Shown: positions 1-13,059, numbered from the stretch's first letter. The stretch is 64,000 bases of DNA from Octopus sinensis (GCF_006345805.1 NW_021833454.1:9673-73672); one strand, 5' to 3'. A program made the numbers and translations. The notes: a model not told the origin generated them from the sequence alone.

Positions 1-59
1 GCTGCCCCCTCGTTATCGAGTATGGCCATTGCACGAAGCTTAATCAATGTTGTTATCAT

Positions 60-505
60 GCAATGCCTGTGCAAGAAGATTTTTTTTAAGTGAGGAAAAG
101 CTGTGCACTGAGTCAATTCCACTCACTAAGCAACAGCAGCCATAATCCGAAAAGAAGAACAAGTCAACATCATCGGTAACCACTGAGCCTCAGGTTACCT
201 TCTCCTAGAAGGATGCCCTAACAAAGGCTAGGAGTCCTTCACTCCCAATGGTTTAACCGCGCGATCGGGTATTCAGTCCGATTATTTCTATGCCCCCACG
301 CATGATACAGCCTTAAGAAATTTATTGGATGGTCGTTGACTCTCAAGAGTTCCTCCGCCCTTTGTTTTTCATTCCGCAGAGTGTCCAATAAACACCCTCC
401 TCACCAAGCAAGCTTGGTAGGGTTGCCAGTTTAGTCGCCGACGACCCGACCTTGCAACAGGTTGTACTGGGTTACATGTTACCGTTAGCACTCGAAAGTG
501 ACCTA
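60..505 (-). mobile_element. Probable RTE-clade LINE 5' UTR fragment abutting a (CATA)n array
   Basis: The minus strand begins directly after (TATG)n and contains CTAGCCTTTGTTAGGGCATCCTTCTAGGAGAAGGTAAC, which resembles RTE 5' UTR motifs from memory. No ORF. Confidence 0.4.
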
Positions 506-588
506 ACATACATACATACATACATACATACATACATACATACATACATGCATACATACATACATACATATGTACATACATACGTATG

Positions 589-716
589 TATGAGAAGACA
601 CATTGCGGAACTGTTATTTTAACGAGCTATACTATTTATCACCCGAAGAGACACTCCTGAGTCAGTTGTTAAGTATCCTGCCCGCGAGGGATCGATACTA
701 GATGTGTCGAAACATA
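589..716 (+). ncRNA. PLE-LTR-like fragment with 3'-truncated hammerhead (CCGAAGA core, long loop II)
   Basis: ATCAC-CCGAAGA-GACAC...GTGTC-GAAAC at 638-713, then cut by (CATA)n. The upstream sequence aligns with the 53220-53290 copy. Confidence 0.6.
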
Positions 717-1044
717 CATACATACATAGTTTGTTGGGTCTGGAGTAAGGTGTAGTTCCAAACGCTGTCGCAAGACCCCAAGACCAGTGAAATTGGTGCT
801 ATCAACATTGAAATCCTTGCACAAAAGACATGAACATAGAAGGAACACTACAAGACCGATTTTCAGATTCTAAACCAGGAGCATAGCGATCGGTGCTTAG
901 CCAATGGAATTGGCGCTACTCGTCTTCCTCTTTCTTGTCGCAACAAGGGTGACGAGAGAAGAAAGGTGTAGCGGACTAAGAATGAATAAATGAATATACT
1001 ACGTGTTAAACGAACACAAGAAGCTCTAAGAACTCACTCTAAAG

Positions 1045-1775
1045 CAGTGGTTTCCAACGATCTTTTTAGCTACGAAACCCTTTTGGTTCCTAATCTAATC
1101 GGTTGGACCCTCATAGACATTCGATGTTTTAAAAAATCACATATTTTTATGATTAAATATTAATAAAAAGACACCCTTCGGACATAAATGACCATGGGAT
1201 TGCACCAAGTAAGTTCCTCTCAGGGCAAGGTTGTTTGTGGAAGACCAGCAATCACCCATGCATACCAGCCTCACCTCTCCACGCCACCGATGTTATCCGA
1301 GGGAAAGGCAAAGGCCGATACAGCTTGAGACCAGTGACGTTGCAACTCGTATCTACAGCTGAGTGAACTGAAGCAACATGAAATAAAGTGTCTTGCTCAA
1401 GAGCACAATACACAGCTCGGTCCGGGAATCAAACTCATTACTTCATGATTGTGAGCTCGACGCTTTAGCCACTGAGCCATGTACCCTCACAAATATTAAT
1501 AGGAATTGTATTAAAAAATTGTTAAATATTTTGTGTATTGTAAAAGTATAAACAATTTATTGAAGGTAAATTTTAAGAAAATCTTATATGAATCCCTAAG
1601 GACCATATCGATTGTCATGACCCATGTAGACCCACAAGGGCCATATGGATCCCCAAAGGCCATATCGACTGTCAAGGGCCATATGGACTGTCAAGGACCA
1701 TATTGACAGTCAAGGTCCGTGTAGACCCACAAGCGGGAACAGGGGATGCAAGGGTCACAGGTGCATCCCCTAAAA
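1045..1775 (+). mobile_element. hAT-like MITE remnant with an internal ~19-bp degenerate tandem repeat
   Basis: Starts CAGTGGTTTCCAAC, a Charlie-like TIR. CAAGGGCCATATGGACTGT-like units lie at ~1597-1735. It is interrupted by a SINE, and no right TIR was seen. Confidence 0.4.
1166..1490 (-). mobile_element. tRNA-derived SINE (family C) with 11-bp TSD
   Basis: TSD AAATATTAATA at 1155-1165 and 1491-1501. The minus strand has a tRNA-like head and GTGCTCTTGAGCAAGACACTTT. It is homologous to 54860-55200. Confidence 0.8.
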
Positions 1776-1914
1776 TTTTTGGTAGACAATGAAAACATTT
1801 TGAAGGTCCTAGGTTGGACTTAGGTTTGTACCCCTAAGTAAATTTCGTTCCCCCGCTTATGACCATTTAGCAAAGTAAATGTTTGTATGTGTGTGTGTGT
1901 GTGTGTGTGTGTAT

Positions 1915-1993
<79 letters not shown>

Positions 1994-2284
1994 CGTGCGT
2001 GATTGTATGCGAATAACAACTATAAAAGTAGCCTATATCTTCATTCAAACTTACTGTAGTTAATTGAAGAAGAAGCAGATGTATACAGGGCTTTCAATGT
2101 TGTCGTATATATACATTCATCACTATACACCCGTCTCTCTACACCCTCCTGCTTCTTCTCTATCTTGACCTTGTCTATTGTTTAAAAATAACACAAAACT
2201 AAAACAGTTGGAGGAAATGTGTAAACATTAACATTCCACCGAGAAAAATAAATGGATGGAATATGAGTGCGTGCATATATATAC

Positions 2285-2380
<96 letters not shown>

Positions 2381-2636
2381 GTATACACATATATTCATAC
2401 TTACATAATAAATACATACATACATACATACATATATATACAACACACACACATATATACATATATATATACATATATCTATACAAACACACAATTATTT
2501 ATGTGTATGTATTTAATGTAGGTATAAATGTATGTATGTATGTATGTATGTATGTATGTATGTATGTATGTATGTATGTATGTATGTGTATATATATTTC
2601 CGGGAATCTATGATAAAGGGTATGTATTCATGTATC

Positions 2637-2682
<46 letters not shown>

Positions 2683-2694
2683 TGTATGTATTCT

Positions 2695-2900
2695 TTTATT
2701 CTTTTACTTGTTTCAGTCATCTGACTGCGGCCATGCTGGAGCACCGCCTTTTGTAGAACGAATCAACCCCAGGACTTATTCTTTGTAACCCTAGTACTTA
2801 TTCTATCGGTCTCCTTCGCCGAACCGCTAGGTTACGGGAAGGTAAACACACCAACACTGGTTGCCAGGCGATGGTGGGGGGACAACCAAAGATACACAAA
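2695..2900 (-). mobile_element. SINE family A, 3' half
   Basis: Carries the reverse complement of the tail GGCGGTGCTCCAGCATGGCCGCAGTC..TGACTGAAACAAGTAAAAGAATAAAAG. Confidence 0.8.
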
Positions 2901-2999
2901 CATATATATATATATATAGAGAGAGAGGGAGAGAGAGAGAGTGAGAGAGGGGGAGATAGATAGATAGATAGATAGATATTGGCACTTATGTAAAATTGA

Positions 3000-4370
3000 A
3001 GGCCCGTGTCTTAGTGGTTAGGGTATTTTAGGCTAACGTACGAGGGGCGTTCAATAAGTAATGCCCCTGACCCACTTGCAGTTGTTTGATCTAGCTAAAA
3101 TTTTGCATGTGCACTTATTTATACCTCTATAGATTAAGTGGCGAATTACAGCTCCCAGATCTGGTCGCCCCCTTCTGTCGTTGATGAGACGTCTGTCCGT
3201 CAAGTTGAGGCTGCCATTTTGGAAGGTCAACGCATAACTATTCGCCAAATAGCCCATAAGGTCAAGATTAGTACCGGGTCTGTGGAAACTATCATTCATG
3301 ACCATTTGCATATACAAAAGGTGTCTGCCAGATGGATTTCCAGGTTGCTCACACCTTTCCAGAAGCAAGAACGCGTTGAGTGCTCGAGGATAAATTTGGA
3401 GATGTGCCAAGAAGATGAGTCAAAATTTTTCAAAAGACTGATCACACAGGATAAAACCTGGGTCCATCACTATGATCCATAGACCAAAGCCCAGTCAATG
3501 CAGTGAAAGCACCGTGACTCACCTCCTCCAAAGAAGGCAAGAGTGCAGTCCTCCGCTGACAAGGTTATGCTCACAGTCTTCTGGGACCAGGATGGAGTAG
3601 TGATGACAGATTTTCTGGCAAAGGGTACCACAATTACAGGAGCCTATTATGCTTCACTTTTGAGGAAATTAAGAGTAGCTATCAAAATCAAGAGGCGGGG
3701 CAAGATCAGCAAAGGCATCCTCCTCCTGCAGGACAACGCTCCGGTCCACAACTCGCGTGTCGCCAGATCAGAAGCACAGGCGTGCGGCTATGAACTCATC
3801 CCCCCCATCCCCCCTACTCTCCTGACCTCGCACCCTCTGATTTTCACCTCTTCCCAGCCATGAAGTTGATTTTGAAAGGAAAGCGTTTCCCAGATGATGC
3901 AGCCTTGATTTCTGAAGTCACGTCGTGGTTGGAGGACCAAGCTGGGGTCTTCTACAAAAACGGTCTCCAGAGCTGTATCAAACGATGGGAGAAATGCATA
4001 ACTCTGAGTAGTTCCTATGTAAGAAAAGACTAATAACTGTGCCAAGTGTCGTTGCTCTACTGCTATGGGAAGTGGGTCAGGGGCATTACTTATTGAACGC
4101 CCCTCGTAAGGTCGTGAGTTCAATTCTCGGCGGTACCTTGTGTCCTTGAGCAAGACACTTTACTTCACGTTGCTCCAGTCCACCCAGTTGGCAAAAATAA
4201 GTAGTATCTGTATTTCAAAGGGTCAGCCTTATGCCTTGCCACATTCTGTGTCATGCTGAATCTACTTGAGACCTACGTTAAGTGTACGTGTGTCTGCGGA
4301 GCACTCAGCCACTTGTATGTTAATTTAACGAACAGTTTGTTCCGTCAATCGGATCGACTGGAACCCTCGG
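3000..4370 (+). mobile_element. tRNA-derived SINE split by a mariner insertion
   Basis: The A-box-like TAGTGGTTAGG (~3012) and the B-box-like GAGTTCAATTC (~4117) are separated by the mariner at a duplicated TA. The body continues TGTGTCCTTGAGCAAGACACTTT. Confidence 0.7.
3041..4106 (+). mobile_element. Mariner (DD34D) transposon, internally deleted and defective
   Basis: 37-bp perfect TIRs CGAGGGGCGTTCAATAAGTAATGCCCCTGACCCACTT with TA TSDs at 3039-40 and 4107-08. Motifs VSARWISR, TQDKTWVHHYDP, QDNAPVH and frameshifted HPPYSPDLAPSD give D-x34-D. Stops are present and the N-terminus is missing. Confidence 0.95.
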
Positions 4371-5103
4371 TATTTTTTTGGTTATCTCGCCCCCATTCAA
4401 AAATTGGGTTTATGTTTCGACAAGGGATTGGATTAAAAGGGTTAGATCCATTTAGTTGAATACTTCAACACATTATTGACTTTTGGCCTCCTCAGTAGCC
4501 ATGCCATCATTTGTTATAAAAATATTATCAGGTTCAATAAGATGTCTCATCTTTTCAGCTTTCCTGTTTATTAAATTTTTCTTTTTTTTTTTAATGGGGG
4601 TCAGATAACCAAAAAGGACTTAACCTTCGTCGTCGTGACCGACGGAATGCCAGTTTTGTGTGTATATAAAGTATGTACGGATGCATGCCTGTAGTTGTGT
4701 GTGTGTGTGAGAGTGAGAGAGTGTGAGAGAGAGAGTGAGAGAAAGTGTGTGTGTGAGAGAGAGAGGGTGAGAGAGAGTGTGTGTGTGTGTGTGTGTGTGT
4801 AACAATGTAGCAATAGGTTGCGTAGGTTCCCATCCATCAAATGACCTCCATGTTTAGAACTGCTGACACATGTTAACACTAAACAACTCGGGTCACCTGA
4901 CATGATCTGATGTGTTTTGGTTTTCGCTGTTCGTCAGGAATTTAACGGTTTATGGCACCAGCTTGGTTGTTGGTCTCAACTTGTCAGTGTACACTGGCTG
5001 ATAGCAACAACAACAACTACAAGAACATCAACGATGACAGCCAACAACAATAACAACAACAACTGCAACGGCAATAACAGTAGAAGAAACAACAACGACG
5101 ATA

Positions 5104-6392
5104 TTAGGTTGTCAAGAAAGTTCTTGTGGAATTTTAAATTTTCGTTTTAAATTATGTATTTTCAACTTAATTTTCGTTAAATTACTTTGACTTTATATAT
5201 CATTTTAAAGCCCGTTTTTCGCTCTATTTAATCGTGTTACTATTTTTCTTTTTGAATATTTAGGCCATTTTTTCCGGAACATTGAATACAACATGGACAA
5301 AAAACAAATTTGCGCAATTCTCTTATTCCAGTTCAAGCTAGCCCGAAAAGCTGTTGAAAGAGCTCGCGATATCAACGATGTGTTTGGCCCAAGAACCACT
5401 AATGAACGTACAGCACAATGGTGGTTCAAAAAATTTCGTAGCGGTGATGAGAGTCTTGAAGATGATAAGCGTAGTGGTCGGCCATCGGATGTTGACAACG
5501 ATCAACTGAGAGCCTTAGTGGAAGCCAATCCACGCACAACTGTTCGAGAGCTTGCTTCTGAATTAGACGTAACGTACACAACAATTTCCAAGCACTTGAA
5601 AGGGATTGGAAAAACAAAAATACTTGAGAAATGGGTGCTGCACAAATTGAAGGACAACCAAAAAAATAAAAATAAAAATAAAAAAGCGCCGTTTTGAAGT
5701 GTCGTCTTCCCTTCTTTTAAGCAACAGGAACGACCCGTTTCTCAACCGGATTGTGACTTGCGATGAAAAGTGGAATTTTTACGACAACCGGCTCAGTGGT
5801 TGGACGCCGACGAAGCTCCACGGCACTCCCCGAAGACAAAGTTGCACCAAAAGAAAGTCATGGTGACTGTTTGGTCGTCTGCGGCCGGTCTCATCCATCA
5901 CAGCTTTTTGGATCCAGGTGAAACCATTACGGCGGAGAAGTACAGTCAGTAAATGGATGAAATGCATAAAAAACTCCGACAACAACAGCCAGCATTGGTC
6001 AATAGAAAAGGTCCAATTCTTCTCTACGACAACACTCGGCCACACGTTGCACAACTGACCCTGCAGAAGTTGAACGAATTGGGCTACGAAACTCTGCCTC
6101 ATCCACCATATTCACCAGACCTCTCGCCTACCGATTACCACTTTTCCAGCATCTCGACAACTTCTTGCGTGAGAAATGCTTCAAAAAACCAAGATGATGC
6201 CAAACACGCCTTCAATAACTTCATCGCCACCAAAACGCAGGATTTTTATGCTACTGGCATAAATAAACTTGTTTCGAGTTGGCAAAAGTATGTTGATTCT
6301 GATAGTGTTTATTTCGATTAATAAAGTTTTTTTGTTTGAGCCGAGATATGTGCATCTGAATTAAAACCGCAAGAACTTTCTTGACAACCTAA
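5104..6392 (+). mobile_element. Full-length (~1.29 kb) mariner, Hsmar1/cecropia-like, defective
   Basis: TIRs TTAGGTTGTCAAGAAAGTTCTTG at both ends. The left TA is intact and the right one reads CA. Confidence 0.93.
5293..6321 (+). pseudogene. Mariner transposase pseudogene
   Basis: HTH region WFKKFRSGDESLEDDKRSGRP, then VTCDEKW, YDNTRPH and HPPYSPDLSPTDY (D-x34-D). Several frameshifts and stops. Confidence 0.93.
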
Positions 6393-6394
6393 CA

Positions 6395-6790
6395 GCTGTG
6401 TGGTAAGAAGTTTGCATTCCGACCACATGGTTCCGTGTTCAATCCATCTGCGAGGCACTTTGGGCAAATATCTTCTACTACAGCCTTGGGCTGACCAAAG
6501 CCTTGTCAGTGAATTTCGTAGACGGAAACATGTAATTGTGTATGTATGCATGTATGTGTGTGTGTGTGGTATATATGTGTCCGTGTGTGTTTGTTCCCTA
6601 CCACTGCTTGGCAACCGGTGTTAGTGTGTTTACATCCTCATAACCTAGCAGTTCAACAAAAGAGACCGATAAAGTAAGTACTAGACATAAATAAAAAAAG
6701 GTACTGGTATTGATTCATTCAACTAGTAGATTCGTTAACGCAGTGCCCCAGCATGGCCGCAATCTAATGACTGACAAGTAAAAACATAAC
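6395..6790 (+). mobile_element. SINE family A (tRNA-like head, internal microsatellite, CR1-like tail)
   Basis: Matches the head, body and tail of the copies at 33451 and 56875. Confidence 0.8.
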
Positions 6791-7537
6791 AGATGTAGAA
6801 GCATCTGTAAATCTTGCAAAACCATAAATCTACACCTGAGAAGTCCTTTATTGGTGTTTTTATTAGAAGAACATCTGTTTTGGTCATAGAGGGACCCTCA
6901 TGAGGGTGGCGGCCCTGGCTTCAATGACTGCTCTTGAATATGCTCCCTACTAGTCTAATCCTGGGGCCACTTCTACATTGAATTTGTTTTTCTTCATCAC
7001 CAATCCTTGGCCTCTCTTCTCATTTTTTTTCTAAATTCTTGTCCGGTTCTCGTCTCCAATGGGAACAATCATAAGCGATATCAATTCTACATTTCTGAGA
7101 TGAAGAATTTAAAATATTGCATCAGTCGCAATGGGGTCCTTATCTTGCTTCTTCCTTTCACTACGTTTCGGCTGTCTTTGGGTGTTTTGTGATTCACCTT
7201 AGTGCCTTGCCTGAGATTGAACTCATAACCTCTAGGTGACCCTGCTGCATTAACCAGCCCATTTACACACTATGCTATACCCTTATGCAGTGACAGAACG
7301 AATTTTGAAGGCTTATAAACCTCCATTGATGTCTTATATCGGTTCCCTACTGATTGAATAAATACAATTCTATATCTCTGACATGAGGAATACAATTTTA
7401 TATAGTAATTGGAACTGTGTCTTATAATAATAATGAAATTATTGTATCCAGTACTCGGATGATTGTTGCTTTGTTGCTCTCCCTGCACAAAACATCTCGA
7501 GATGGCTGCAGCGTTACACATCCAAAGCTTAGCGACA

Positions 7538-7727
7538 GCAACAATCAAGATGAGGACAACATTCTGTGAAGGTGCTGCCCGCCAGTCTGCATGATGAATG
7601 TATATTATGCGTTAATCGGAATTGTGTCCTCATCTTGATTGTTGCTTTCACTACGTTGCGGCTGTGAACACTCCAGCCTTCATCAAGTGTTTTGTGCAGT
7701 GAGAGCAACAATCAAGATGGAGACACC
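7538..7727 (-). ncRNA. Degenerate PLE-type hammerhead flanked by short inverted copies
   Basis: Minus strand 7649-7689 reads CAC-TTGATGA-A-GGCTG-loop-CAGCC-GCAA-CGT-A-GTG. AGCAACAATCAAGATG occurs at ~7538 and ~7703 and inverted at ~7631-7646. A half copy with canonical GAAA lies at 7159-7176. Confidence 0.6.
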
Positions 7728-7859
7728 ACTCCTACTAATACATAATATCAGCAACGAACTTCCACTTTTCGGTTTTCATGTAAGGAGAGTTCATATCTCT
7801 CTTGTGGACAACTCTGAAACAGAAATGTGGCCGTTTTTGTGTTTCCTTGCCAGAAGTTA

Positions 7860-8235
7860 GCTCAACATACAGCAGGTCTCAGTGAGGTCGTGGGGTGGTA
7901 GCGAGCGTAAACGCTCACGGCTAAGAACTGCTTCTTATGATAAGCATCTCAAACAGCCTCTGAGAACCAACTCCAACTCCTGGACTTCTCAAGGGCCTCT
8001 AAGTTCGGTGGAACATTGTACTGAACGGAGAAGGGGAGAAGGTGGGTGCTGGCACCGTAAAGCCAGAGCTTCAGGTAGCTGAAACTCGCCATCTTGACAA
8101 AGCAAGATCATCTATACCAGGGCAAATTCTGACTTCAAATCTCTGCTGTGTTACAGCCATACCCTACCCATGGGAAAGCCTTCGGGTGGAAACCCTGTGA
8201 AAAAACCTGGAACTGTACTGGTACTCGCCCTTCTC
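7860..8235 (+). mobile_element. RTE-clade LINE 5' UTR-like fragment
   Basis: TCTGACTTCAAATCTCTGCTG..CATACCCTACCCATGGGAAAGCCTTCGGGTGGAAACCCTG resembles RTE 5' UTRs from memory. Confidence 0.45.
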
Positions 8236-8282
8236 TTGGACAACATTGAGATACAATCACGTATATGTATGTATGTACGTCA

Positions 8283-8383
8283 TTGTTCAGTTTCATTTCA
8301 AGATTTCTTGCCAATAGAGAAAGAGCCGGTTTCTACCCTAGATTCAAGGCTCCATCATTGGAATCTCAACATCAACATCAGAG
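8283..8383 (-). mobile_element. ~100-bp non-repetitive insert embedded in (CATA)n, probably a LINE 3' end
   Basis: Unique segment flanked on both sides by TATG repeats. Confidence 0.45.
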
Positions 8384-8455
8384 TATGTATGTATGTATGT
8401 ATGTATGTATGTATGTATGTATGTATGTATGTATGTATGTATGTATGTATGTATG

Positions 8456-8489
<34 letters not shown>

Positions 8490-8680
8490 TATATGTATGT
8501 ATGCAGGTATGTATGTATGTATATATGTATGTATGTATGTATGTATATATGTGTGTATGTATGTATGTATGTATGTATGTATGTATGTTGTATGTATGTA
8601 TGTATGTATGTATGTATATATGTATGTATGCAGGTATGTATATATGTATGTATGTATGTATGTACGTATGTATGTATGTA

Positions 8681-8713
<33 letters not shown>

Positions 8714-8996
8714 TGTATGTATATATGTATGTATGGAGGTATGTATGTATGTATGTATGTATGTATGTATATGTAATAGTATGTATGTATGTATGTATGT
8801 ATGTATGTTTGTATGTTGTATGTATGTATATATGTATGTGTATGTATGTGTATGTATGTATGTATGTGTATGTATGTATGTATGTATGTATGTATGTATG
8901 TATGTATGTATGTATGTATGTATGTATATATGTATGTATGCAGGTATGTATGTATGTATATATGTATGTATGTATGTATGTACGTATGTATGTATG

Positions 8997-9030
<34 letters not shown>

Positions 9031-9286
9031 TATATGTATGTATGCAGGTATGTATGTATGTATGTATGTATGTATATATGTATGTATGCAGGTATGTATG
9101 TATGTATATATGTATGTATGTATGTATGTATATATGTATGTATGCAGGTATGTATGTATGTATGTATGTATGTATGTATATATGTGTATGTATGTATGTA
9201 TGTATGTATGTATGTATGTATGTATGTATGTATGTATGTATGTATGTATATATGTATGTATGTATGTATGTACGTATGTATGTATG

Positions 9287-9320
<34 letters not shown>

Positions 9321-9362
9321 TATATGTATGTATGCAGGTATGTATGTATGTATGTATGTATG

Positions 9363-9396
<34 letters not shown>

Positions 9397-9503
9397 TGTA
9401 TATATGTATGTATGCAGGTATGTATGTATGTATGTATGTATGTATGTATGTATGTATGTATGTATGTATATATGTGTGTATATATGTATGTATGTATGTA
9501 TAT

Positions 9504-9809
9504 GTGTACATTTATATGTTTTGCTTTATGTATATGTCTTCTCCTGCATATAGTTGCACATCTAGACATGCTCATATATATTTAAATGATAAACTTCTGC
9601 AAAGTTTTACAGATTTTTACAGTTCCAGTGATGAACTGGACCTATAGTCTTCAAATTAGCTTTCTTCTTTCTGGTTTTGAGAAGTCTAATTTCTCAAGAT
9701 TGGTATTTAGGCAGTGTGTTACATATCCCAGGGCCTCAATAATTACAGGTATAAACCTGAATTTGTAATCTGGAGAGGGTAACTGCAGATTTCTCAATAG
9801 TTCAGCTTT
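9504..9809 (-). mobile_element. 5'-truncated R4/Dong-like (REL-endonuclease) LINE 3' end, copy 1
   Basis: The minus frame reads KAELLRNLQLPSPDYKFRFIPVIIEALGYVTHCLNTNLEKLDFSKPERRKLI*RL*VQFITGTVKICK. This matches the C-terminal P(V/I)(V/I)IGALG...GT.KI signature downstream of REL domains. A short 3' UTR runs into (CATA)n. Confidence 0.7.
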
Positions 9810-9930
9810 GTATGTTTGTATGTATGTATGTATGTATGTATGTATGTATGTATGTATGTATGTATGTATGTGTGTATGTATGTATGTATGTATGTATGTA
9901 TGTATGTATGTATGTGTGTGTGTATGTATG

Positions 9931-9964
<34 letters not shown>

Positions 9965-10034
9965 TATATGTATGTATGCAGGTATGTATGTATGTATATA
10001 TGTATGTATGTATGTATGTACGTATGTATGTATG

Positions 10035-10065
<31 letters not shown>

Positions 10066-10142
10066 ATATGTATGTATGCAGGTATGTATGTATGTATGTA
10101 TGTATGTATGTATGTATGTATGTATGTTTGTATGTATGTATG

Positions 10143-10176
<34 letters not shown>

Positions 10177-10186
10177 TGTATGTATG

Positions 10187-10220
<34 letters not shown>

Positions 10221-10226
10221 TGTATG

Positions 10227-10260
<34 letters not shown>

Positions 10261-10310
10261 TGTATGTATGTATGTATGTATATATGTATGTATGCAGGTA
10301 TGTATGTATG

Positions 10311-10344
<34 letters not shown>

Positions 10345-10350
10345 TGTATG

Positions 10351-10381
<31 letters not shown>

Positions 10382-10458
10382 ATATGTATGTATGCAGGTA
10401 TGTATGTATGTATGTATGTATGTATGTATATATGTATGTATGCAGGTATGTATGTATG

Positions 10459-10489
<31 letters not shown>

Positions 10490-10646
10490 ATATGTATGTA
10501 TGCAGGTATGTATGTATGTATGTATGTATGTATATATGTGTGTATGTATGTATGTATGCATGTATGTATGTATGTATGTATGTATGTATGTATGTATGTA
10601 TGTATGTATATATGTATGTATGTATGTATGTACGTATGTATGTATG

Positions 10647-10677
<31 letters not shown>

Positions 10678-10714
10678 ATATGTATGTATGCAGGTATGTA
10701 TGTATGTATGTATG

Positions 10715-10748
<34 letters not shown>

Positions 10749-10882
10749 TATATGTATGTATGCAGGTATGTATGTATGTATGTATGTATGTATGTATGTA
10801 TGTATGTATATATGTATGTATGCAGGTATGTATGTATGTATGTATGTATGTATGTATGTAGTATGTATGTATGTATGTATAT

Positions 10883-11193
10883 GTGTACATTTATATGTTT
10901 TGCTTTATGTATATGTCTTCTCCTGCATATAGTTGCACATCTAGACATGCTCATATATATTTAAATGATAAACTTCTGCAAAGTTTTACAGATTTTTACA
11001 GTTCCAGTGATGAACTGGACCTATAGTCTTCAAATTAGCTTTCTTCTTTCTTCTTTCTGGTTTTGAGAAGTCTAATTTCTCAAGATTGGTATTTAGGCAG
11101 TGTGTTACATATCCCGGGCCTCAATAATTACAGGTATAAACCTGAATTTGTAATCTGGAGAGGGAACTGCAGATTTCTCAATAGTTCAGCTTT
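10883..11193 (-). mobile_element. R4/Dong-like LINE 3' end, copy 2
   Basis: Near-identical to 9504-9809 with the same endpoints. Differences are a 7-bp duplication and two 1-bp indels. Confidence 0.7.
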
Positions 11194-11426
11194 GTATGTT
11201 TGTATGTATGTAGTATGTATGTATGTATGTATGTATGTATGTATGTATGTATGTATGTATGTATGTATTTGTGTGTATGTATGTATGTATGGTATGTATG
11301 TATGTGTGTTATGTATGTATGTATGTATGTATGTTGATGTGTGTATGTATGTATGTATGTATGTATGTTGTATGTATGTGTGTTATATGTATGTATGTAT
11401 GTAGGTATGTATGTATGTATGTATGT

Positions 11427-11458
<32 letters not shown>

Positions 11459-12289
11459 TGTATGTATGTATGTGTGTATGTATGTATGATGTATTAATTG
11501 TATGTATGTATGTATGTATGTATGTATGTGTATGTGTGTATGTATGTATGTATGTAGTATGTATGTATGTGTGTGTGTATGTATGTATGTTGTATGTATA
11601 TATGTATGGATGTATGTATGTATGTATGTATGTATGTATGTATGTTATGTATGATGTATGTATGTGTGTATGTGTGTATGTATGTATGTATGTTGTATGT
11701 ATGTATGTATGTGTGTATGTATGTATGTATGTATGTATGTGTGTATGTATGTATGTATGTATGTATGTATGTATGTATGCGTGTATGTATGTATGTATGT
11801 ATGTATGTATGTATGTATGTATGTGTGTATGTATGTATGTATGTATGTGTGTATGTATGTATGTATGTATGTATTATGTAATATGTGTGTATAGTATGTA
11901 TGTATGTATGTATGTATGTATGTATGTATGTATATATTGTGTATGTATGTATGTACGTATGTATGTATGTAATATGTATGTATGTATGTATGTATGTATA
12001 TATGTATGTATGCAGTATGTATGTATGTATGTATGTATGTATGTATGTATGTATGTATGTGTGTGTATGTATGTATGTATGTATGTATGTATGTGTGTAT
12101 GTATGTATGTATGTGTGTATGTATTATGTGTGTGTGTATGTATGTATGTATGTATGTATGTATGTGTGTGTGTGTATATATGCATGTACGCATATGGTAA
12201 ATGTATGTGATAGGCAAGTATGCATTTATGTATGTGCATATATAAGTGAGTGTGTGTGTGTGCGCGCGCGAGCCTATCTGTGTATGCGT

Positions 12290-12475
12290 GTCTTTACAAT
12301 TGTTTGCCCCCCACCACCGCTTGACAAACGGTGTTGGTGCGTTTATGTCCCCATAACCTATAGGTTCGGTGAACGATACCTATAGAATAGGAACCAGTTT
12401 AAAAATAAATAAAATCGTTCAAGGCCGTGCCTCATCATAGCCGCAGCCTAGTGACTGAAACAAATGAAAGATAAC
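12290..12475 (+). mobile_element. SINE family A, 3' half
   Basis: CCACCGCTTGACAAACGGTG..GACTGAAACAAATGAAAG. Confidence 0.75.
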
Positions 12476-13059
12476 ACACACACACACATCAACCAAAGAT
12501 AATTATGTTATGTGACAGACACGCAGATAAATTATGGTTAACATGTTAACATATTTAACACAAGGAATATTAAAAATCTAAAAAAAAATCTAATTAGAAA
12601 TAACTATAATTAACTGGTGTTAGTGATATAAAAATTTACTAATGAAACGACAAAACAAGGTTAATTAATGAGAAATGTTATTTTCATTAGAAACACTAAT
12701 TTAAGACAGGAACCAATAATAATTGAGTGGATTTTTTACATCATCGACTGAAATTTGTAAGGGAAATAATTCTTTATATGTTTCGGTTTTATTCTGATTG
12801 AAAGGTTTTACACATTGATGCATAATTCGGTTAGGAATTTAATGATAATTAGGATAATGTCATGAAGTAGAAATTAGTAATAAGTAGAAAGTGACCTTAA
12901 CATTATTGTCTTATCTCTACATTATTGTTATGACATCATAACTATTATAATGCTGATGATTTTAATTATCAAAGTATGTGTAATTCCGATTATAACAGTA
13001 ATTATCAAAATGATTTCACAGATAATATAATTGTAATTGTTAAAGTCCTTTGTGTGCGC

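Larger units (their letters stand above)
8384..12180. repeat. ~3.8-kb compound (TATG)n microsatellite field
   Basis: Seen directly. Variant units include CAGGTA, TACGTA and TATATG. It is interrupted by two R4-like fragments. Confidence 0.98.

Noticed and set aside
400-505. HDV-like ribozyme at the RTE-like 5' end (also at 7860-7930)
   Set aside because: CTAA plus a P4-like hairpin is present, but P1 and P3/L3 could not be completed. A descriptor search is needed.
8170-12385. Long ORFs of 250-471 aa (MYVC / HTYI repeats)
   Set aside because: These are translations of stop-free (TATG)n microsatellite. The same applies to 28536-29833 and most other ORFs in the track.
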